Positions 39,801 to 57,300 are shown, counted from the stretch's first letter. The stretch: DNA of 64,000 nt from the human T2T-CHM13v2.0 reference genome, Homo sapiens (GCF_009914755.1 NC_060925.1), one strand, 5' to 3'. The notes: a model not told the origin generated them from the letters alone. Numbers and translations: made by a program.

Positions 39801-42800
39801 ATTATCGAATGCAATCGAATAGAATCATCGAATGGACTCGAATGGAATCATCGAATGGAATGGAATGGAACAGTCAATGAACACGAATGGAATCATCATT
39901 GAATGGAATCGAATGGAATCATCGAGTGGAATCGAATGGAATTATGATCAAATGGAATCGAATGTAATCATCATCAAATGGAATCAAAAATAACCATCAT
40001 CAATTGGTATTGAATGGAATTGTCATCAAATGGAATTCAAAGGAATCATCATCAAATGGAACCGAATGGAATCCTCATTGAATGGAAATGAAAGGGGTCA
40101 TCATCTTATGGAATCGCATGGAATCATCATCAAATGGAATCGAATGGAATCATCATCAAATGGAATCTAATGGAATCATTGAACAGAATTGAATGGAATC
40201 GTCATCGAATGAATTGAATGCAATCATCGAATGGTCTCGAATGGAATCATCTTCTAATGGAAAGGAATGGAATCATCGCATAGAATCGAATGGAATTATC
40301 ATCGAATGGAATCGAATGGTATCAACACCAAACGGAAAAAAACGGAATTATCGAATGGAATCGAAGAGAATCTTCGAACGGACCCGAATGGAATCATCTA
40401 ATGGAATGGAATGGAATAATCCATGGACTCGAATGCAATCATCATCGAATGGAATCGAATGGAATCATCGAATGGACTCGAATGGAATAATCATTGAAAG
40501 GAATCGAATGGAATCATCATCGGATGGAAACGAATGGAATCATCATCGAATGGAAATGAAAGGAGTCATCATCTAATGCAATTGCATGGAATCATCATCA
40601 AATGGAATCGAATGGAATCAACATCAAATGGAATCTAATGGAATCATTGAACAGAATTGAATGGAATCGTCATCGAATGAATTGACTGCAATCATCGAAT
40701 GGTCTCGAATGGAATCATCTTCAAATGGAATGGAATGGAATCATCGCATAGAATCGAATGGAATTATCATCGAATGGAATCGAATGGAATCAACATCAAA
40801 CGGAAAAAAACGGAATTATCGAATGGAATCGAAGAGAATCATCGAATGGACCCGAATGGAATCATCTAATGGAATGGAATGGAATAATCCATGGACTCGA
40901 ATGCAATCATCATCGAATGGAATCGAATGGAATCATCGAGTGGACTCGAATGGAATAATCATTGAACGGAATCGAATGGAATCATCATCGGATGGAAATG
41001 AATGGAATCATCATCGAATGGAATCGAATAGAATTATGGAATTAAATCCAGTGTGATCATCATCGAATGGACCCGAATGGAATCATCATCCAACGGAAGC
41101 TAATGGAATCAACATCGAATGAATCGAATGGAAACACCATCGAATTGAAACGAATGGAATTATCATGAAATTGAAATGGATGGACTCATCATCGAATGGA
41201 TTCGAATGGAATCATCGAATAAAATTGATTGAAATCATCATCGAATGGAATCGAATGGTATCATTGAGTGGAATCGAATGGAATCATCATCAGATGGAAA
41301 TGAATGGAATCGTCATAGAATGGAATCGAATGGATTCATTGAATGGAATCAGATGGAATCATCGAATGGACTGGAATGGAATCATTGAATGGACTCGAAA
41401 GGGATCATGATTGAATGGAATTGAATGGAATCATCGAATGGTCTCGATTGGAATCATTATCAAATGGAATCGAATGGAATCACCGAATAGAATCGAATGG
41501 AACAATCATCGAATGGACTCAAATGGAATTATCCTCAAATGGAATCGAATGGAATTATCGAATGCAATCGAATGGAATTATCGAATGCAATCGAATAGAA
41601 TCATCGAATGGACTCGAATGGAATCATCGAATGGAATGGAATGGAACAGTCAATGAACTCGAATGGAATCATCATTGAATGGAATCGAATGGAATCATCG
41701 AGTGGAATCGAATGGAATTATGATCAAATGCAATCGAATGTAATCCTCATCAAATGGAATCAAAAATAACCATCATCAATTGGTATTGAATGGAATTGTC
41801 ATCAAATGGAATTCAAAGGAATCATCATCAAATGGAACCGAATGGAATCCTCATTGAATGGAAATGAAAGGGGTCATCATCTAATGGAATCGCATGGAAT
41901 CATCATCAAATGGAATCGAATGGAATCATCATCAAATGGAATCTAATGGAATCATTGAACAGAATTGAATGGAATCGTCATCGAATGAATTGAATGCAAT
42001 CATCGAATGGTCTCGAATGGAATCATCTTCTAATGGAAAGGAATGGAATCATCGCATAGAATCGAATGGAATTATCATCGAATGGAATCGAATGGTATCA
42101 ACACCAAACGGAAAAAAACGGAATTATCGAATGGAATCGAAGAGAATCTTCGAACGGACCCGAATGGAATCATCTAATGGAATGGAATGGAATAATCCAT
42201 GGACTCGAATGCAATCATCATCGAATGGAATCGAATGGAATCATCGAATGGACTCGAATGGAATAATCATTGAACGGAATCGAATGGAATCATCATCGGA
42301 TGGAAACGAATGGAATCATCATCGAATGGAAATGAAAGGAGTCATCATCTAATGGAATTGCATGGAATCATCATAAAATGGAATCGAATGGAATCAACAT
42401 CAAATGGAATCAAATGGAATCATTGAACGGAATTGAATGGAATCGTCATCGAATGAATTGACTGCAATCATCGAATGGTCTCGAATGGAATCATCTTCAA
42501 ATGGAATGGAATGGAATCATCGCATAGAATCGAATGGAATTATCATCGAATGGAATGGAATGGAATCAACATCAAACGGAAAAAAACGGAATTATCGAAT
42601 GGAATCGAAGAGAATCATCGAATGGACCCGAATGGAATCATCTAATGGAATGGAATGGAATAATCCATGGACTCGAATGCAATCATCATCCAATGGAATC
42701 GAATGGAATCATCGAATGGACTCGAATGGAATAATCATTGAACGGAATCGAATGGAATCATCATCGGATGGAAATGAATGGAATCATCATCGAATGGAAT

Positions 42801-45800
42801 CGAATAGAATTATGGAATGAAATCCAGTGTGATCATCATCGAATGGACCCGAATGGAATCATCATCCAACGGAAGCTAATGGAATCAACATCGAATGAAT
42901 CGAATGGAAACACCATCGAATTGAAACGAATGGAATTATCATGAAATTGAAATGGATGGACTCATCATCGAATGGATTCGAATGGAATCATCGAATAAAA
43001 TTGATTGAAATCATCATCGAATGGAATCGAATGGTATCATTGAATGGAATCGAATGGAATCATCATCAGATGGAAATGAATGGAATCGTCATAGAATGGA
43101 ATCGAATGGATTCATTGAATGGAATCAGATGGAATCATCGAATGGACTGGAATGGAATCATTGAATGGACTCGAAAGGGATCATGATTGAATGGAATTGA
43201 ATGGAATCATCGAATGGTCTCGATTGGAATCATTATCAAATGGAATCGAATGGAATCACCGAATAGAATCGAATGGAACAATCATCGAATGGACTCAAAT
43301 GGAATTATCCTCAAATGGAATCGAATGGAATTATCGAATGCAATCGAATGGAATTATCGAATGCAATCGAATAGAATCATCGAATGGACTCGAATGGAAT
43401 CATCGAATGGAATGGAATGGAACAGTCAATGAACTCGAATGGAATCATCATTGAATGGAATCGAATGGAATCATCGAGTGGAATCGAATGGAATTATGAT
43501 CAAATGCAATCGAATGTAATCCTCATCAAATGGAATCAAAAATAACCATCATCAATTGGTATTGAATGGAATTGTCATCAAATGGAATTCAAAGGAATCA
43601 TCATCAAATGGAACCGAATGGAATCCTCATTGAATGGAAATGAAAGGGGTCATCATCTAATGGAATCGCATGGAATCATCATCAAATGGAATCGAATGGA
43701 ATCATCATCAAATGGAATCTAATGGAATCATTGAACAGAATTGAATGGAATCGTCATCGAATGAATTGAATGCAATCATCGAATGGTCTCGAATGGAATC
43801 ATCTTCTAATGGAAAGGAATGGAATCATCGCATAGAATCGAATGGAATTATCATCGAATGGAATCGAATGGTATCAACACCAAACGGAAAAAAACGGAAT
43901 TATCGAATGGAATCGAAGAGAATCTTCGAACGGACCCGAATGGAATCATCTAATGGAATGGAATGGAATAATCCATGGACTCGAATGCAATCATCATCGA
44001 ATGGAATCGAATGGAATCATCGAATGGACTCGAATGGAATAATCATTGAACGGAATCGAATGGAATCATCATCGGATGGAAACGAATGGAATCATCATCG
44101 AATGGAAATGAAAGGAGTCATCATCTAATGGAATTGCATGGAATCATCATAAAATGGAATCGAATGGAATCAACATCAAATCGAATCAAACGGAATCATT
44201 GAACAGAATTGAATGGAATCGTCATCGAATGAATTGACTGCAATCATCGAATGGTCTCGAATGGAATCATCTTCAAATGGAATGGAATGGAATCATCGCA
44301 TAGAATCGAATGGAATTATCACCGAATGGAATCGAATGGAATCAACATCAAACGGAAAAAAACGGAATTATCGAATGGAATCGAAGAGAATCATCGAATG
44401 GACCCGAATGGAATCATCTAATGGAATGGAATGGAATAATCCATGGACTCGAATGCAATCATCATCGAATGGAATCGAATGGAATCATCGAATGAACTCG
44501 AATGGAATCATCATTGAATGGAATCGAATGGAATCATCGAGTGGAATCGAATGGAATTATGATCAAATGGAATCGAATGTAATCATCATCCAATGGAATC
44601 AAAAATAACCATCATCAATTGGTATTGAATGGAATTGTCATCAAATGGAATTCTAAGGAATCATCATCAAATGGAACCGAATGGAATCCTCATTGAATGG
44701 CAATGAAAGGTGTCATCATCTAATGGAATCGCATGGAATCATCATCAAATGGAATCGAATGGAATCATCATCAAATGGAATCTAATGGAATCATTGAACA
44801 GAATTGAATGGAATCGTCATCGAATGAATTGAATGCAATCATCGAATGGTCTCGAATGGAATCATCTTCTAATGGAAAGGAATGGAATCATCGCATAGAA
44901 TCGAATGGAATTATCATCGAATGGAATCGAATGGTATCAACACCAAACGGAAAAAAACGGAATTATCGAATGGAATCGAAGAGAATCTTCGAACGGACCC
45001 GAATGGAATCATCTAATGGAATGGAATGGAATAATCCATGGACTCGAATGCAATCATCATCGAATGGAATCGAATGGAATCATCGAATGGACTCGAATGG
45101 AATAATCATTGAACGGAATCGAATGGAATCATCATCGGATGGAAACGAATGGAATCATCATCGAATGGAAATGAAAGGAGTCATCATCTAATGGAATTGC
45201 ATGGAATCATCATAAAATGGAATCGAATGGAATCAACATCAAATGGAATCAAATGGAATCATTGAACGGAATTGAATGGAATCGTCATCGAATGAATTGA
45301 CTGCAATCATCGAATGGTCTCGAATGGAATCATCTTCAAATGGAATGGAATGGAATCATCGCATAGAATCGAATGGAATTATCATCGAATGGAATCGAAT
45401 GGAATCAACATCAAACGGAAAAAAACGGAATTATCGAATGGAATCGAAGAGAATCATCGAATGGACCCGAATGGAATCATCTAATGGAATGGAATGGAAT
45501 AATCCATGGACTCGAATGCAATCATCATCGAATGGAATCGAATGGAATCATCGAATGGACTCGAATGGAATAATCATTGAACGGAATCGAATGGAATCAT
45601 CATCGGATGGAAATGAATGGAATCATCATCGAATGGAATCGAATAGAATTATGGAATGAAATCCAGTGTGATCATCATCGAATGGACCCGAATGGAATCA
45701 TCATCCAACGGAAGCTAATGGAATCAACATCCAATGAATCGAATGGAAACACCATCGAATTGAAACGAATGGAATTATCATGAAATTGAAATGGATGGAC

Positions 45801-48359
45801 TCATCATCGAATGGATTCGAATGGAATCATCGAATAAAATTGATTGAAATCATCATCCAATGGAATCGAATGGTATCATTGAATGGAATCGAATGGAATC
45901 ATCATCAGATGGAAATGAATGGAATCGTCATAGAATGGAATCGAATGGATTCATTGAATGGAATCAGATGGAATCATCGAATGGACTGGAATGGAATCAT
46001 TGAATGGACTCGAAAGGGATCATTATTGAATGGAATTGAATGGAATCATCGAATGGTCTCGATTGGAATCATTATCAAATGGAATCGAATGGAATCACCG
46101 AATAGAATCGAATGGAACAATCATCGAATGGACTCAAATGGAATTATCCTCCAATGGAATCGAATGGAATTATCGAATGCAATCGAATGGAATTATCGAA
46201 TGCAATCGAATAGAATCATCGAATGGACTCGAATGGAATCATCGAATGGAATGGAATGGAACAGTCAATGAACTCGAATGGAATCATCATTGAATGGAAT
46301 CGAATGGAATGATCGAGTGGAATCGAAAGAAATTATGATCAAATGGAAGCGAACGTAATCATCATCAAATGGAATCAAAAATAACCATCATCAATTGGTA
46401 TTGAATGGAATTGTCATCAAATGGAATTCAAAGGAATCATCATCAAATGGAACCGAATGGAATCCTCATTGAATGGAAATGAAAGGGGTCATCATCTAAT
46501 GGAATCGCATGGAATCATCATCAAATGGAATCGAATGGAATCATCATCAAATGGAATCTAATGGAATCATTGAACAGAATTGAATGGAATCGTCATCGAA
46601 TGAATTGAATGCAATCATCGAATGGTCTCGAATGGAATCATCTTCTAATGGAAAGGAATGGAATCATCGCATAGAATCGAATGGAATTATCATCGAATGG
46701 AATCGAATGGTATCAACACCAAACGGAAAAAAACGGAATTATCGAATGGAATCGAAGAGAATCTTCGAACGGACCCGAATGGAATCATCTAATGGAATGG
46801 AATGGAATAATCCATGGACTCGAATGCAATCATCATCGAATGGAATGGAATGGAATCATCGAATGGACTCGAATGGAATAATCATTGAACGGAATCGAAT
46901 GGAATCATCATCGGATGGAAACGAATGGAATCATCATCGAATGGAAATGAAAGGAGTCATCATCTAATGGAATTGCATGGAATCATCATAAAATGGAATC
47001 GAATGGAATCAACATCAAATGGAATCAAATGGAATCATTGAACGAAATTGAATGGAATCGTCATCGAATGAATTGAATGCAATCATCGAATGGTCTCGAA
47101 TGGAATCATCTTCAAATGGAATGGAATGGAATCATCGCATAGAATCGAATGGAATTATCATCGAATGGAATCGAATGGAATCAACATCAAACGGAAAAAA
47201 ACGGAATTATCGAATGGAATCGAAGAGAATCATCGAATGGACCCGAATGGAATCATCTAATGGAATGGAATGGAATAATCCATGGACTCGAATGCAATCA
47301 TCATCGAATGGAATCGAATGGAATCATCGAATGGACTCGAATGGAATAATCATTGAACGGAATCGAATGGAATCATCATCGGATGGAAATGAATGGAATC
47401 ATCATCGAATGGAATCGAATAGAATTATGGAATGAAATCCAGTGTGATCATCATCGAATGGACCCGAATGGAATCATCATCCAACGGAAGCTAATGGAAT
47501 CAACATCGAATGAATCGAATGGAAACACCATCGAATTGTAACGAATGGAATTATCATGAAATTGAAATGGATGGACTCATCATCGAATGGATTCGAATGG
47601 AATCATCGAATAAAATTGATTGAAATCATCATCCAATGGAATCGAATGGTATCATTGAATGGAATCGAATGGAATCATCATCAGATGGAAATGAATGGAA
47701 TCGTCATAGAATGGAATCGAATGGATTCATTGAATGGAATCAGATGGAATCATCGAATGGACTGGAATGGAATCATTGAATGGACTCGAAAGGGATCATG
47801 ATTGAATGGAATTGAATGGAATCATCGAATGGTCTCGATTGGAATCATTATCAAATGGAATGGAATGGAATCACCGAATAGAATCGAATGGAACAATCAT
47901 CGAATGGACTCAAATGGAATTATCCTCCAATGGAATCGAATGGAATTATCGAATGCAATCGAATGGAATTATCGAATGCAATCGAATAGAATCATCGAAT
48001 GGACTCGAATGGAATCATCGAATGGAATGGAATGGAACAGTCAATGAACTCGAATGGAATCATCATTGAATGGAATCGAATGGAATCATCGAGTGGAATC
48101 GAATGGAATTATGATCAAATGGAATCGAATGTAATCCTCATCAAATGGAATCAAAAATAACCATCATCAATTGGTATTGAATGGAATTGTCATCAAATGG
48201 AATTCAAAGGAATCATCATCAAATGGAACCGAATGGAATCCTCATTGAATGGAAATGAAAGGGGTCATCATCTAATGGAATCGCATGGAATCATCATCAA
48301 ATGGAATCGAATGGAATCATCATCAAATGGAATCTAATGGAATCATTGAACAGAATTGA
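27804..48359 (+). repeat. ~20.6-kb super-repeat, copy 1; partial mosaic copy 2 at 48360-64000
   Basis: Rare markers recur at offset 20556: 27804/48360 (GGATTCATCTT), 28272/48828 (ATCATGTAAT), 37822/58378, 38885/59441, 40661/61217, 42437/62993. Offset is 22332 (=20556+1776) for 31824/54156, 32887/55219 and 34663/56995. Confidence 0.8.
37598..38416 (+). repeat. 393-bp deletion (tail joined to the last third of A) followed by a B' segment; repeated at 58154-58972
   Basis: B-to-B' spacing is 1383 = 1776-393 (36439 to 37822; 56995 to 58378). Junction CAAAGGAATCATCATCGAATGG at both sites. Confidence 0.88.
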
Positions 48360-51300
48360 ATGGAATCGTCATCGAATGAATTGAATGCAATCATCGAATG
48401 GTCTCGAATGGATTCATCTTCTAATGGAAAGGAATGGAATCATCGCATAGAATCGAATGGAATTATCATCGAATGGAATCGAATGGTATCAACACCAAAC
48501 GGAAAAAAACGGAATTATCGAATGGAATCGAAGAGAATCTTCGAACGGACCCGAATGGAATCATCTAATGGAATGGAATGGAATAATCCATGGACTCGAA
48601 TGCAATCATCATCGAATGGAATCGAATGGAATCATCGAATGGACTCGAATGGAATAATCATTGAACGGAATCGATTGGAATCATCATCGGATGGAAACGA
48701 ATGGAATCATCATCGAATGGAAATGAAAGGAGTCATCATCTAATGGAATTGCATGGAATCATCATAAAATGGAATCGAATGGAATCAACATCAAATGGAA
48801 TCAAATGGAATCATTGAACGGAATTGAATGGAATCGTCATCGAATGAATTGACTGCAATCATCCAATGGTCTCGAATGGAATCATCTTCAAATGGAATGG
48901 AATGGAATCATCGCATAGAATCGAATGGAATTATCATCGAATGGAATCGAATGGAATCAACATCCAACGGAAAAAAACGGAATTATCGAATGGAATCGAA
49001 GAGAATCATCGAATGGACCCGAATGGAATCATGTAATGGAATGGAATGGAATAATCCATGGACTCGAATGCAATCATCATCGAATGGAATCGAATGGAAT
49101 CATCGAATGGACTCGAATGGAATAATCATTGAACGGAATCGAATGGAATCATCATCGGATGGAAATGAATGGAATCATCATCGAATGGAATCGAATAGAA
49201 TTATGGAATGAAATCCAGTGTGATCATCATCGAATGGACCCGAATGGAATCATCATCCAACGGAAGCTAATGGAATCAACATCGAATGAATCAAATGGAA
49301 ACACCATCGAATTGAAACGAATGGAATTATCATGAAATTGAAATGGATGGACTCATCATCGAATGGATTCGAATGGAATCATCGAATAAAATTGATTGAA
49401 ATCATCATCGAATGGAATCGAATGGTATCATTGAATGGAATCGAATGGAATCATCATCAGATGGAAATGAATGGAATCGTCATAGAATGGAATCGAATGG
49501 ATTCATTGAATGGAATCAGATGGAATCATCGAATGGACTGGAATGGAATCATTGAATGGACTCGAAAGGGATCATGATTGAATGGAATTGAATGGAATCA
49601 TCGAATGGTCTCGATTGGAATCATTATCAAATGGAATCGAATGGAATCACCGAATAGAATCGAATGGAACAATCATCGAATGGACTCAAATGGAATTATC
49701 CTCCAATGGAATCGAATGGAATTATCGAATACAATCGAATGGAATTATCGAATGCAATCGAATAGAATCATCGAATGGACTCGAATGGAATCATCGAATG
49801 GAATGGAATGGAACAGTCAATGAACTCGAATGGAATCATCATTGAATGGAATCGAATGGAATCATCGAGTGGAATCGAATGGAATTATGATCAAATGGAA
49901 TCGAATGTAATCATCATCAAATGGAATCAAAAATAACCATCATCAATTGGTATTGAATGGAATTGTCATCAAATGGAATTCAAAGGAATCAATATCAAAT
50001 GGAACCGAATGGAATCCTCATTGAATGGAAATGAAAGGGGTCATCATCTAATGGAATCGCATGGAATCATCATCAAATGGAATCGAATGGAATCATCATC
50101 AAATGGAATCTAATGGAATCATTGAACAGAATTGAATGGAATCGTCATCGAATGAATTGAATGCAATCATCGAATGGTCTCGAATGGAATCATCTTCTAA
50201 TGGAAAGGAATGGAATCATCGCATAGAATCGAATGGAATTATCATCGAATGGAATCGAATGGTATCAACACCAAACGGAAAAAAACGGAATTATCGAATG
50301 GAATCGAAGAGAATCTTCGAACGGACCCGAATGGAATCATCTAATGGAATGGAATGGAATAATCCATGGACTCGAATGCAATCATCATCGAATGGAATCG
50401 AATGGAATCATCGAATGGACTCGAATGGAATAATCATTGAACGGAATCGAATGGAATCATCATCGGATGGAAACGAATGGAATCATCATCGAATGGAAAT
50501 GAAAGGAGTCATCATCTAATGGAATTGCATGGAATCATCATAAAATGGAATCGAATGGAATCAACATCAAATGGAATCAAATGGAATCATTGAACGGAAT
50601 TGAATGGAATCGTCATCGAATGAATTGACTGCAATCATCCAATGGTCTCGAATGGAATCATCTTCAAATGGAATGGAATGGAATCATCGCATAGAATCGA
50701 ATGGAATTATCATCGAATGGAATCGAATGGAATCAACATCAAACGGAAAAAAACGGAATTATCGAATGGAATCGAAGAGAAACATCGAATGGACCCGAAT
50801 GGAATCATCTAATGGAATGGAATGGAATAATCCATGGACTCGAATGCAATCATCATCGAATGGAATCGAATGGAATCATCGAATGGACTCGAATGGAATA
50901 ATCATTGAACGGAATCGAATGGAATCATCATCGGATGGAAATGAATGGAATCATCATCGAATGGAATCGAATAGAATTATGGAATGAAATCCAGTGTGAT
51001 CATCATCGAATGGACCCGAATGGAATCATCATCCAACGGAAGCTAATGGAATCAACATCGAATGAATCGAATGGAAACACCATCGAATTGAAACGAATGG
51101 AATTATCATGAAATTGAAATAGATGGACTCATCATCGAATGGATTCGAATGGAATCATCGAATAAAATTGATTGAAATCATCATCGAATGGAATCGAATG
51201 GTATCATTGAATGGAATCGAATGGAATCATCATCAGATGGAAATGAATGGAATCGTCATAGAATGGAATCGAATGGATTCATTGAATGGAATCAGATGGA

Positions 51301-54300
51301 ATCATCGAATGGACTGGAATGGAATCATTGAATGGACTCGAAAGGGATCATGATTGAATGGAATTGAATGGAATCATCGAATGGTCTCGATTGGAATCAT
51401 TATCAAATGGAATCGAATGGAATCACCGAATAGAATCGAATGGAACAATCATCGAATGGACTCAAATGGAATTATCCTCAAATGGAATCGAATGGAATTA
51501 TCGAATGCAATCGAATGGAATTTTCGAATGCAATCGAATAGAATCATCGAATGGACTCGAATGGAATCATCGAATGGAATGGAATGGAACAGTCAATGAA
51601 CACGAATGGAATCATCATTGAATGGAATCGAATGGAATCATCGAGTGGAATCGAATTGAATTATGATCAAATGGAATCGAATGTAATCATCATCAAATGG
51701 AATCAAAAATAACCATCATCAATTGCTATTGAATGGAATTGTCATCAAATGGAATTCAAAGGAATCATCATCAAATGGAACCGAATGGAATCCTCATTGA
51801 ATGGAAATGAAAGGGGTCATCATCTAATGGAATCGCATGGAATCATCATCAAATGGAATCAAATGGAATCATCATCAAATGGAATCTAATGGAATCATTG
51901 AACAGAATTGAATGGAATCGTCATCAAATGAATTGAATGCAATCATCGAATGGTCTCGAATGGAATCATCTTCTAATGGAAAGGAATGGAATCATCGCAT
52001 AGAATCGAATGGAATTATCATCGAATGGAATCGAATGGTATCAACACCAAACGGAAAAAAACGGAATTATCGAATGGAATCGAAGAGAATCTTCGAACGG
52101 ACCCGAATGGAATCATCTAATGGAATGGAATGGAATAATCCATGGACTCGAATGCAATCATCATCGAATGGAATCGAATGGAATCATCGAATGGACTCGA
52201 ATGGAATAATCATTGAACGGAATCGAATGGAATCATCATCGGATGGAAACGAATGGAATCATCATCGAATGGAAATGAAAGGAGTCATCATCTAATGCAA
52301 TTGCATGGAATCATCATCAAATGGAATCGAATGGAATCAACATCAAATGGAATCTAATGGAATCATTGAACAGAATTGAATGGAATCGTCATCGAATGAA
52401 TTGACTGCAATCATCGAATGGTCTCGAATGGAATCATCTTCAAATGGAATGGAATGGAATCATCGCATAGAATCGAATGGAATTATCATCGAATGGAATC
52501 GAATGGAATCAACATCAAACGGAAAAAAACAGAATTATCGAATGGAATCGAAGAGAATCATCGCATGGACCCGAATGGAATCATCTAATGGAATGGAATG
52601 GAATAATCCATGGACTCGAATGCAATCATCATCGAATGGAATCGAATGGAATCATCGAGTGGACTCGAATGGAATAATCATTGAACGGAATCGAATGGAA
52701 TCATCATCGGATGGAAATGAATGGAATCATCATCGAATGGAATCGAATAGAATTATGGAATTAAATCCAGTGTGATCATCATCGAATGGACCCGAATGGA
52801 ATCATCATCCAACGGAAGCTAATGGAATCAACATCGAATGAATCAAATGGAAACACCATCGAATTGAAACGAATGGAATTATCATGAAATTGAAATGGAT
52901 GGACTCATCATCGAATGGATTCCAATGGAATCATCGAATAAAATTGATTGAAATCATCATCGAATGGAATCGAATGGTATCATTGAATGGAATCGAATGG
53001 AATCATCATCAGATGGAAATGAATGGAATCGTCATAGAATGGAATCGAATGGATTCATTGAATGGAATCAGATGGAATCATCGAATGGACTGGAATGGAA
53101 TCATTGAATGGACTCGAAAGGGATCATGATTGAATGGAATTGAATGGAATCATCGAATGGTCTCGATTGGAATCATTATCAAATGGAATCGAATGGAATC
53201 ACCGAATAGAATCGAATGGAACAATCATCGAATGGACTCAAATGGAATTATCCTCAAATGGAATCGAATGGAATTATCGAATGCAATCGAATGGAATTAT
53301 CGAATGCAATCGAATAGAATCATCGAATGGACTCGAATGGAATCATCGAATGGAATGGAATGGAACAGTCAATGAACTCGAATGGAATCATCATTGAATG
53401 GAATCGAATGGAATCATCGAGTGGAATCGAATGGAATTATGATCAAATGGAATCGAATGTAATCATCATCAAATGGAATCAAAAATAACCATCATCAATT
53501 GGTATTGAATGGAATTGTCATCAAATGGAATTCAAAGGAATCATCATCAAATGGAACCGAATGGAATCCTCATTGAATGGAAATGAAAGGGGTCATCATC
53601 TAATGGAATCGCATGGAATCATCATCAAATGGAATCGAATGGAATCATCATCAAATGGAATCTAATGGAATCATTGAACAGAATTGAATGGAATCGTCAT
53701 CGAATGAATTGAATGCAATCATCGAATGGTCTCGAATGGAATCATCTTCTAATGGAAAGGAATGGAATCATCGCATAGAATCGAATGGAATTATCATCGA
53801 ATGGAATCGAATGGTATCAACACCAAACGGAAAAAAACGGAATTATCGAATGGAATCGAAGAGAATCTTCGAACGGACCCGAATGGAATCATCTAATGGA
53901 ATGGAATGGAATAATCCATGGACTCGAATGCAATCATCATCGAATGGAATCGAATGGAATCATCGAATGGACTCGAATGGAATAATCATTGAACGGAATC
54001 GAATGGAATCATCATCGGATGGAAACGAATGGAATCATCATCGAATGGAAATGAAAGGAGTCATCATCTAATGGAATTGCATGGAATCATCATAAAATGG
54101 AATCGAATGGAATCAACATCAAATCGAATCAAACGGAATCATTGAACGGAATTGAATGGAATCGTCATCGAATGAATTGACTGCAATCATCGAATGGTCT
54201 CGAATGGAATCATCTTCAAATGGAATGGAATGGAATCATCGCATAGAATCGAATGGAATTATCACCGAATGGAATCGAATGGAATCAACATCAAACGGAA

Positions 54301-57300
54301 AAAAACGGAATTATCGAATGGAATCGAAGAGAATCATCGAATGGACCCGAATGGAATCATCTAATGGAATGGAATGGAATAATCCATGGACTCGAATGCA
54401 ATCATCATCGAATGGAATCGAATGGAATCATCGAATGAACTCGAATGGAATCATCATTGAATGGAATCGAATGGAATCATCGAGTGGAATCGAATGGAAT
54501 TATGATCAAATGGAATCGACTGTAATCATCATCAAATGGAATCAAAAATAACCATCATCAATTGGTATTGAATGGAATTGTCATCAAATGGAATTCAAAG
54601 GAATCATCATCAAATGGAACCGAATGGAATCCTCATTGAATGGAAATGAAAGGGGTCATCATCTAATGGAATCGCATGGAATCATCATCAAATGGAATCG
54701 AATGGAATCATCATCAAATGGAATCTAATGGAATCATTGAACAGAATTGAATGGAATCGTCATCGAATGAATTGAATGCAATCATCGAATGGTCTCGAAT
54801 GGAATCATCTTCTAATGGAAAGGAATGGAATCATCGCATAGAATCGAATGGAATTATCATCGAATGGAATCGAATGGTATCAACACCAAACGGAAAAAAA
54901 CGGAATTATCGAATGGAATCGAAGAGAATCTTCGAACGGACCCGAATGGAATCATCTAATGGAATGGAATGGAATAATCCATGGACTCGAATGCAATCAT
55001 CATCGAATGGAATCGAATGGAATCATCGAATGGAATCGAATGGAATAATCATTGAACGGAATCGAATGGAATCATCATCGGATGGAAACGAATGGAATCA
55101 TCATCGAATGGAAATGAAAGGAATCATCATCTAATGGAATTGCATGGAATCATCATAAAATGGAATCGAATGGAATCAACATCAAATCGAATCAAACGGA
55201 ATCATTGAACGGAATTGAATGGAATCGTCATCGAATGAATTGACTGCAATCATCGAATGGTCTCGAATGGAATCATCTTCAAATGGAATGGAATGGAATC
55301 ATCGCATAGAATCGAATGGAATTATCACCGAAAGCAATCGAATGGAATCAACATCCAACGGAAAAAAACGGAATTATCGAATGGAATCGAAGAGAATCAT
55401 CGAATGGACCCGAATGGAATCATCTAATGGAATGGAATGGAATAATCCATGGACTCGAATGCAATCATCATCGAATGGAATCGAATGGAATCATCGAATG
55501 GACTCGAATGGAATAATCATTGAACGGAATAGAATGGAATCATCATCGGATGGAAATGAATGGAATCATCATCGAATGGAATCGAATAGAATTATGGAAT
55601 GAAATCCAGTGTGATCATCATCGAATGGACCCGAATGGAATCATCATCCAACGGAAGCTAATGGAATCAACATCGAATGAATCAAATGGAAACACCATCG
55701 AATTGAAACGAATGGAATTATCATGAAATTGAAATGGATGGACTCATCATCGAATGGATTCGAAAGGAATCATCGAATAAAATTGATTGAAATCATCATC
55801 GAATGGAATCGAATGGTATCATTGAATGGAATCGAATGGAATCATCATCAGATGGAAATGAATGGAATCGTCATAGAATGGAATCGAATGGATTCATTGA
55901 ATGGAATCAGATGGAATCATCGAATGGACTGGAATGGAATCATTGAATGGACTCGAAAGGGATCATGATTGAATGGAATTGAATGGAATCATCGAATGGT
56001 CTCGATTGGAATCATTATCAAATGGAATCGAATGGAATCACCGAATAGAATCGAATGGAACAATCATCGAATGGACTCAAATGGAATTATCCTCCAATGG
56101 AATCGAATGGAATTATCGAATGCAATCGAATGGAATTATCGAATGCAATCGAATAGAATCATCGAATGGACTCGAATGGAATCATCGAATGGAATGGAAT
56201 GGAACAGTCAATGAACTCGAATGGAATCATCATTGAATGGAATCGAATGGAATCATCGAGTAGAATCGAATGGAATTATGATCAAATGGAATCGAATGTA
56301 ATCATCATCAAATGGAATCAAAAATAACCATCATCAATTGGTATTGAATGGAATTGTCATCAAATGGAATTCAAAGGAATCAATATCAAATGGAACCGAA
56401 TGGAATCCTCATTGAATGGAAATGAAAGGGGTCATCATCTAATGGAATCGCATGGAATCATCATCAAATGGAATCGAATGGAATCATCATCAAATGGAAT
56501 CTAATGGAATCATTGAACAGAATTGAATGGAATCGTCATCGAATGAATTGAATGCAATCATCGAATGGTCTCGAATGGAATCATCTTCTAATGGAAAGGA
56601 ATGGAATCATCGCATAGAATCGAATGGAATTATCATCGAATGGAATCGAATGGTATCAACACCAAACGGAAAAAAACGGAATTATCGAATGGAATCGAAG
56701 AGAATCTTCGAACGGACCCGAATGGAATCATCTAATGGAATGGAATGGAATAATCCATGGACTCGAATGCAATCATCATCGAATGGAATCGAATGGAATC
56801 ATCGAATGGACTCGAATGGAATAATCATTGAACGGAATCGAATGGAATCATCATCGGATGGAAACGAATGGAATCATCATCGAATGGAAATGAAAGGAGT
56901 CATCATCTAATGGAATTGCATGGAATCATCATAAAATGGAATCGAATGGAATCAACATCAAATGGAATCAAAAGGAATCATTGAACGGAATTGAATGGAA
57001 TCGTCATCGAATGAATTGACTGCAATCATCCAATGGTCTCGAATGGAATCATCTTCAAATGGAATGGAATGGAATCATCGCATAGAATCGAATGGAATTA
57101 TCATCGAATGGAATCGAATGGAATCAACATCAAACGGAAAAAAACGGAATTATCGAATGGAATCGAAGAGAATCATCGAATGGACCCGAATGGAATCATC
57201 TAATGGAATGGAATGGAATAATCCATGGACTCGAATGCAATCATCATCGAATGGAATCGAATGGAATCATCGAATGGACTCGAATGGAATAATCATTGAA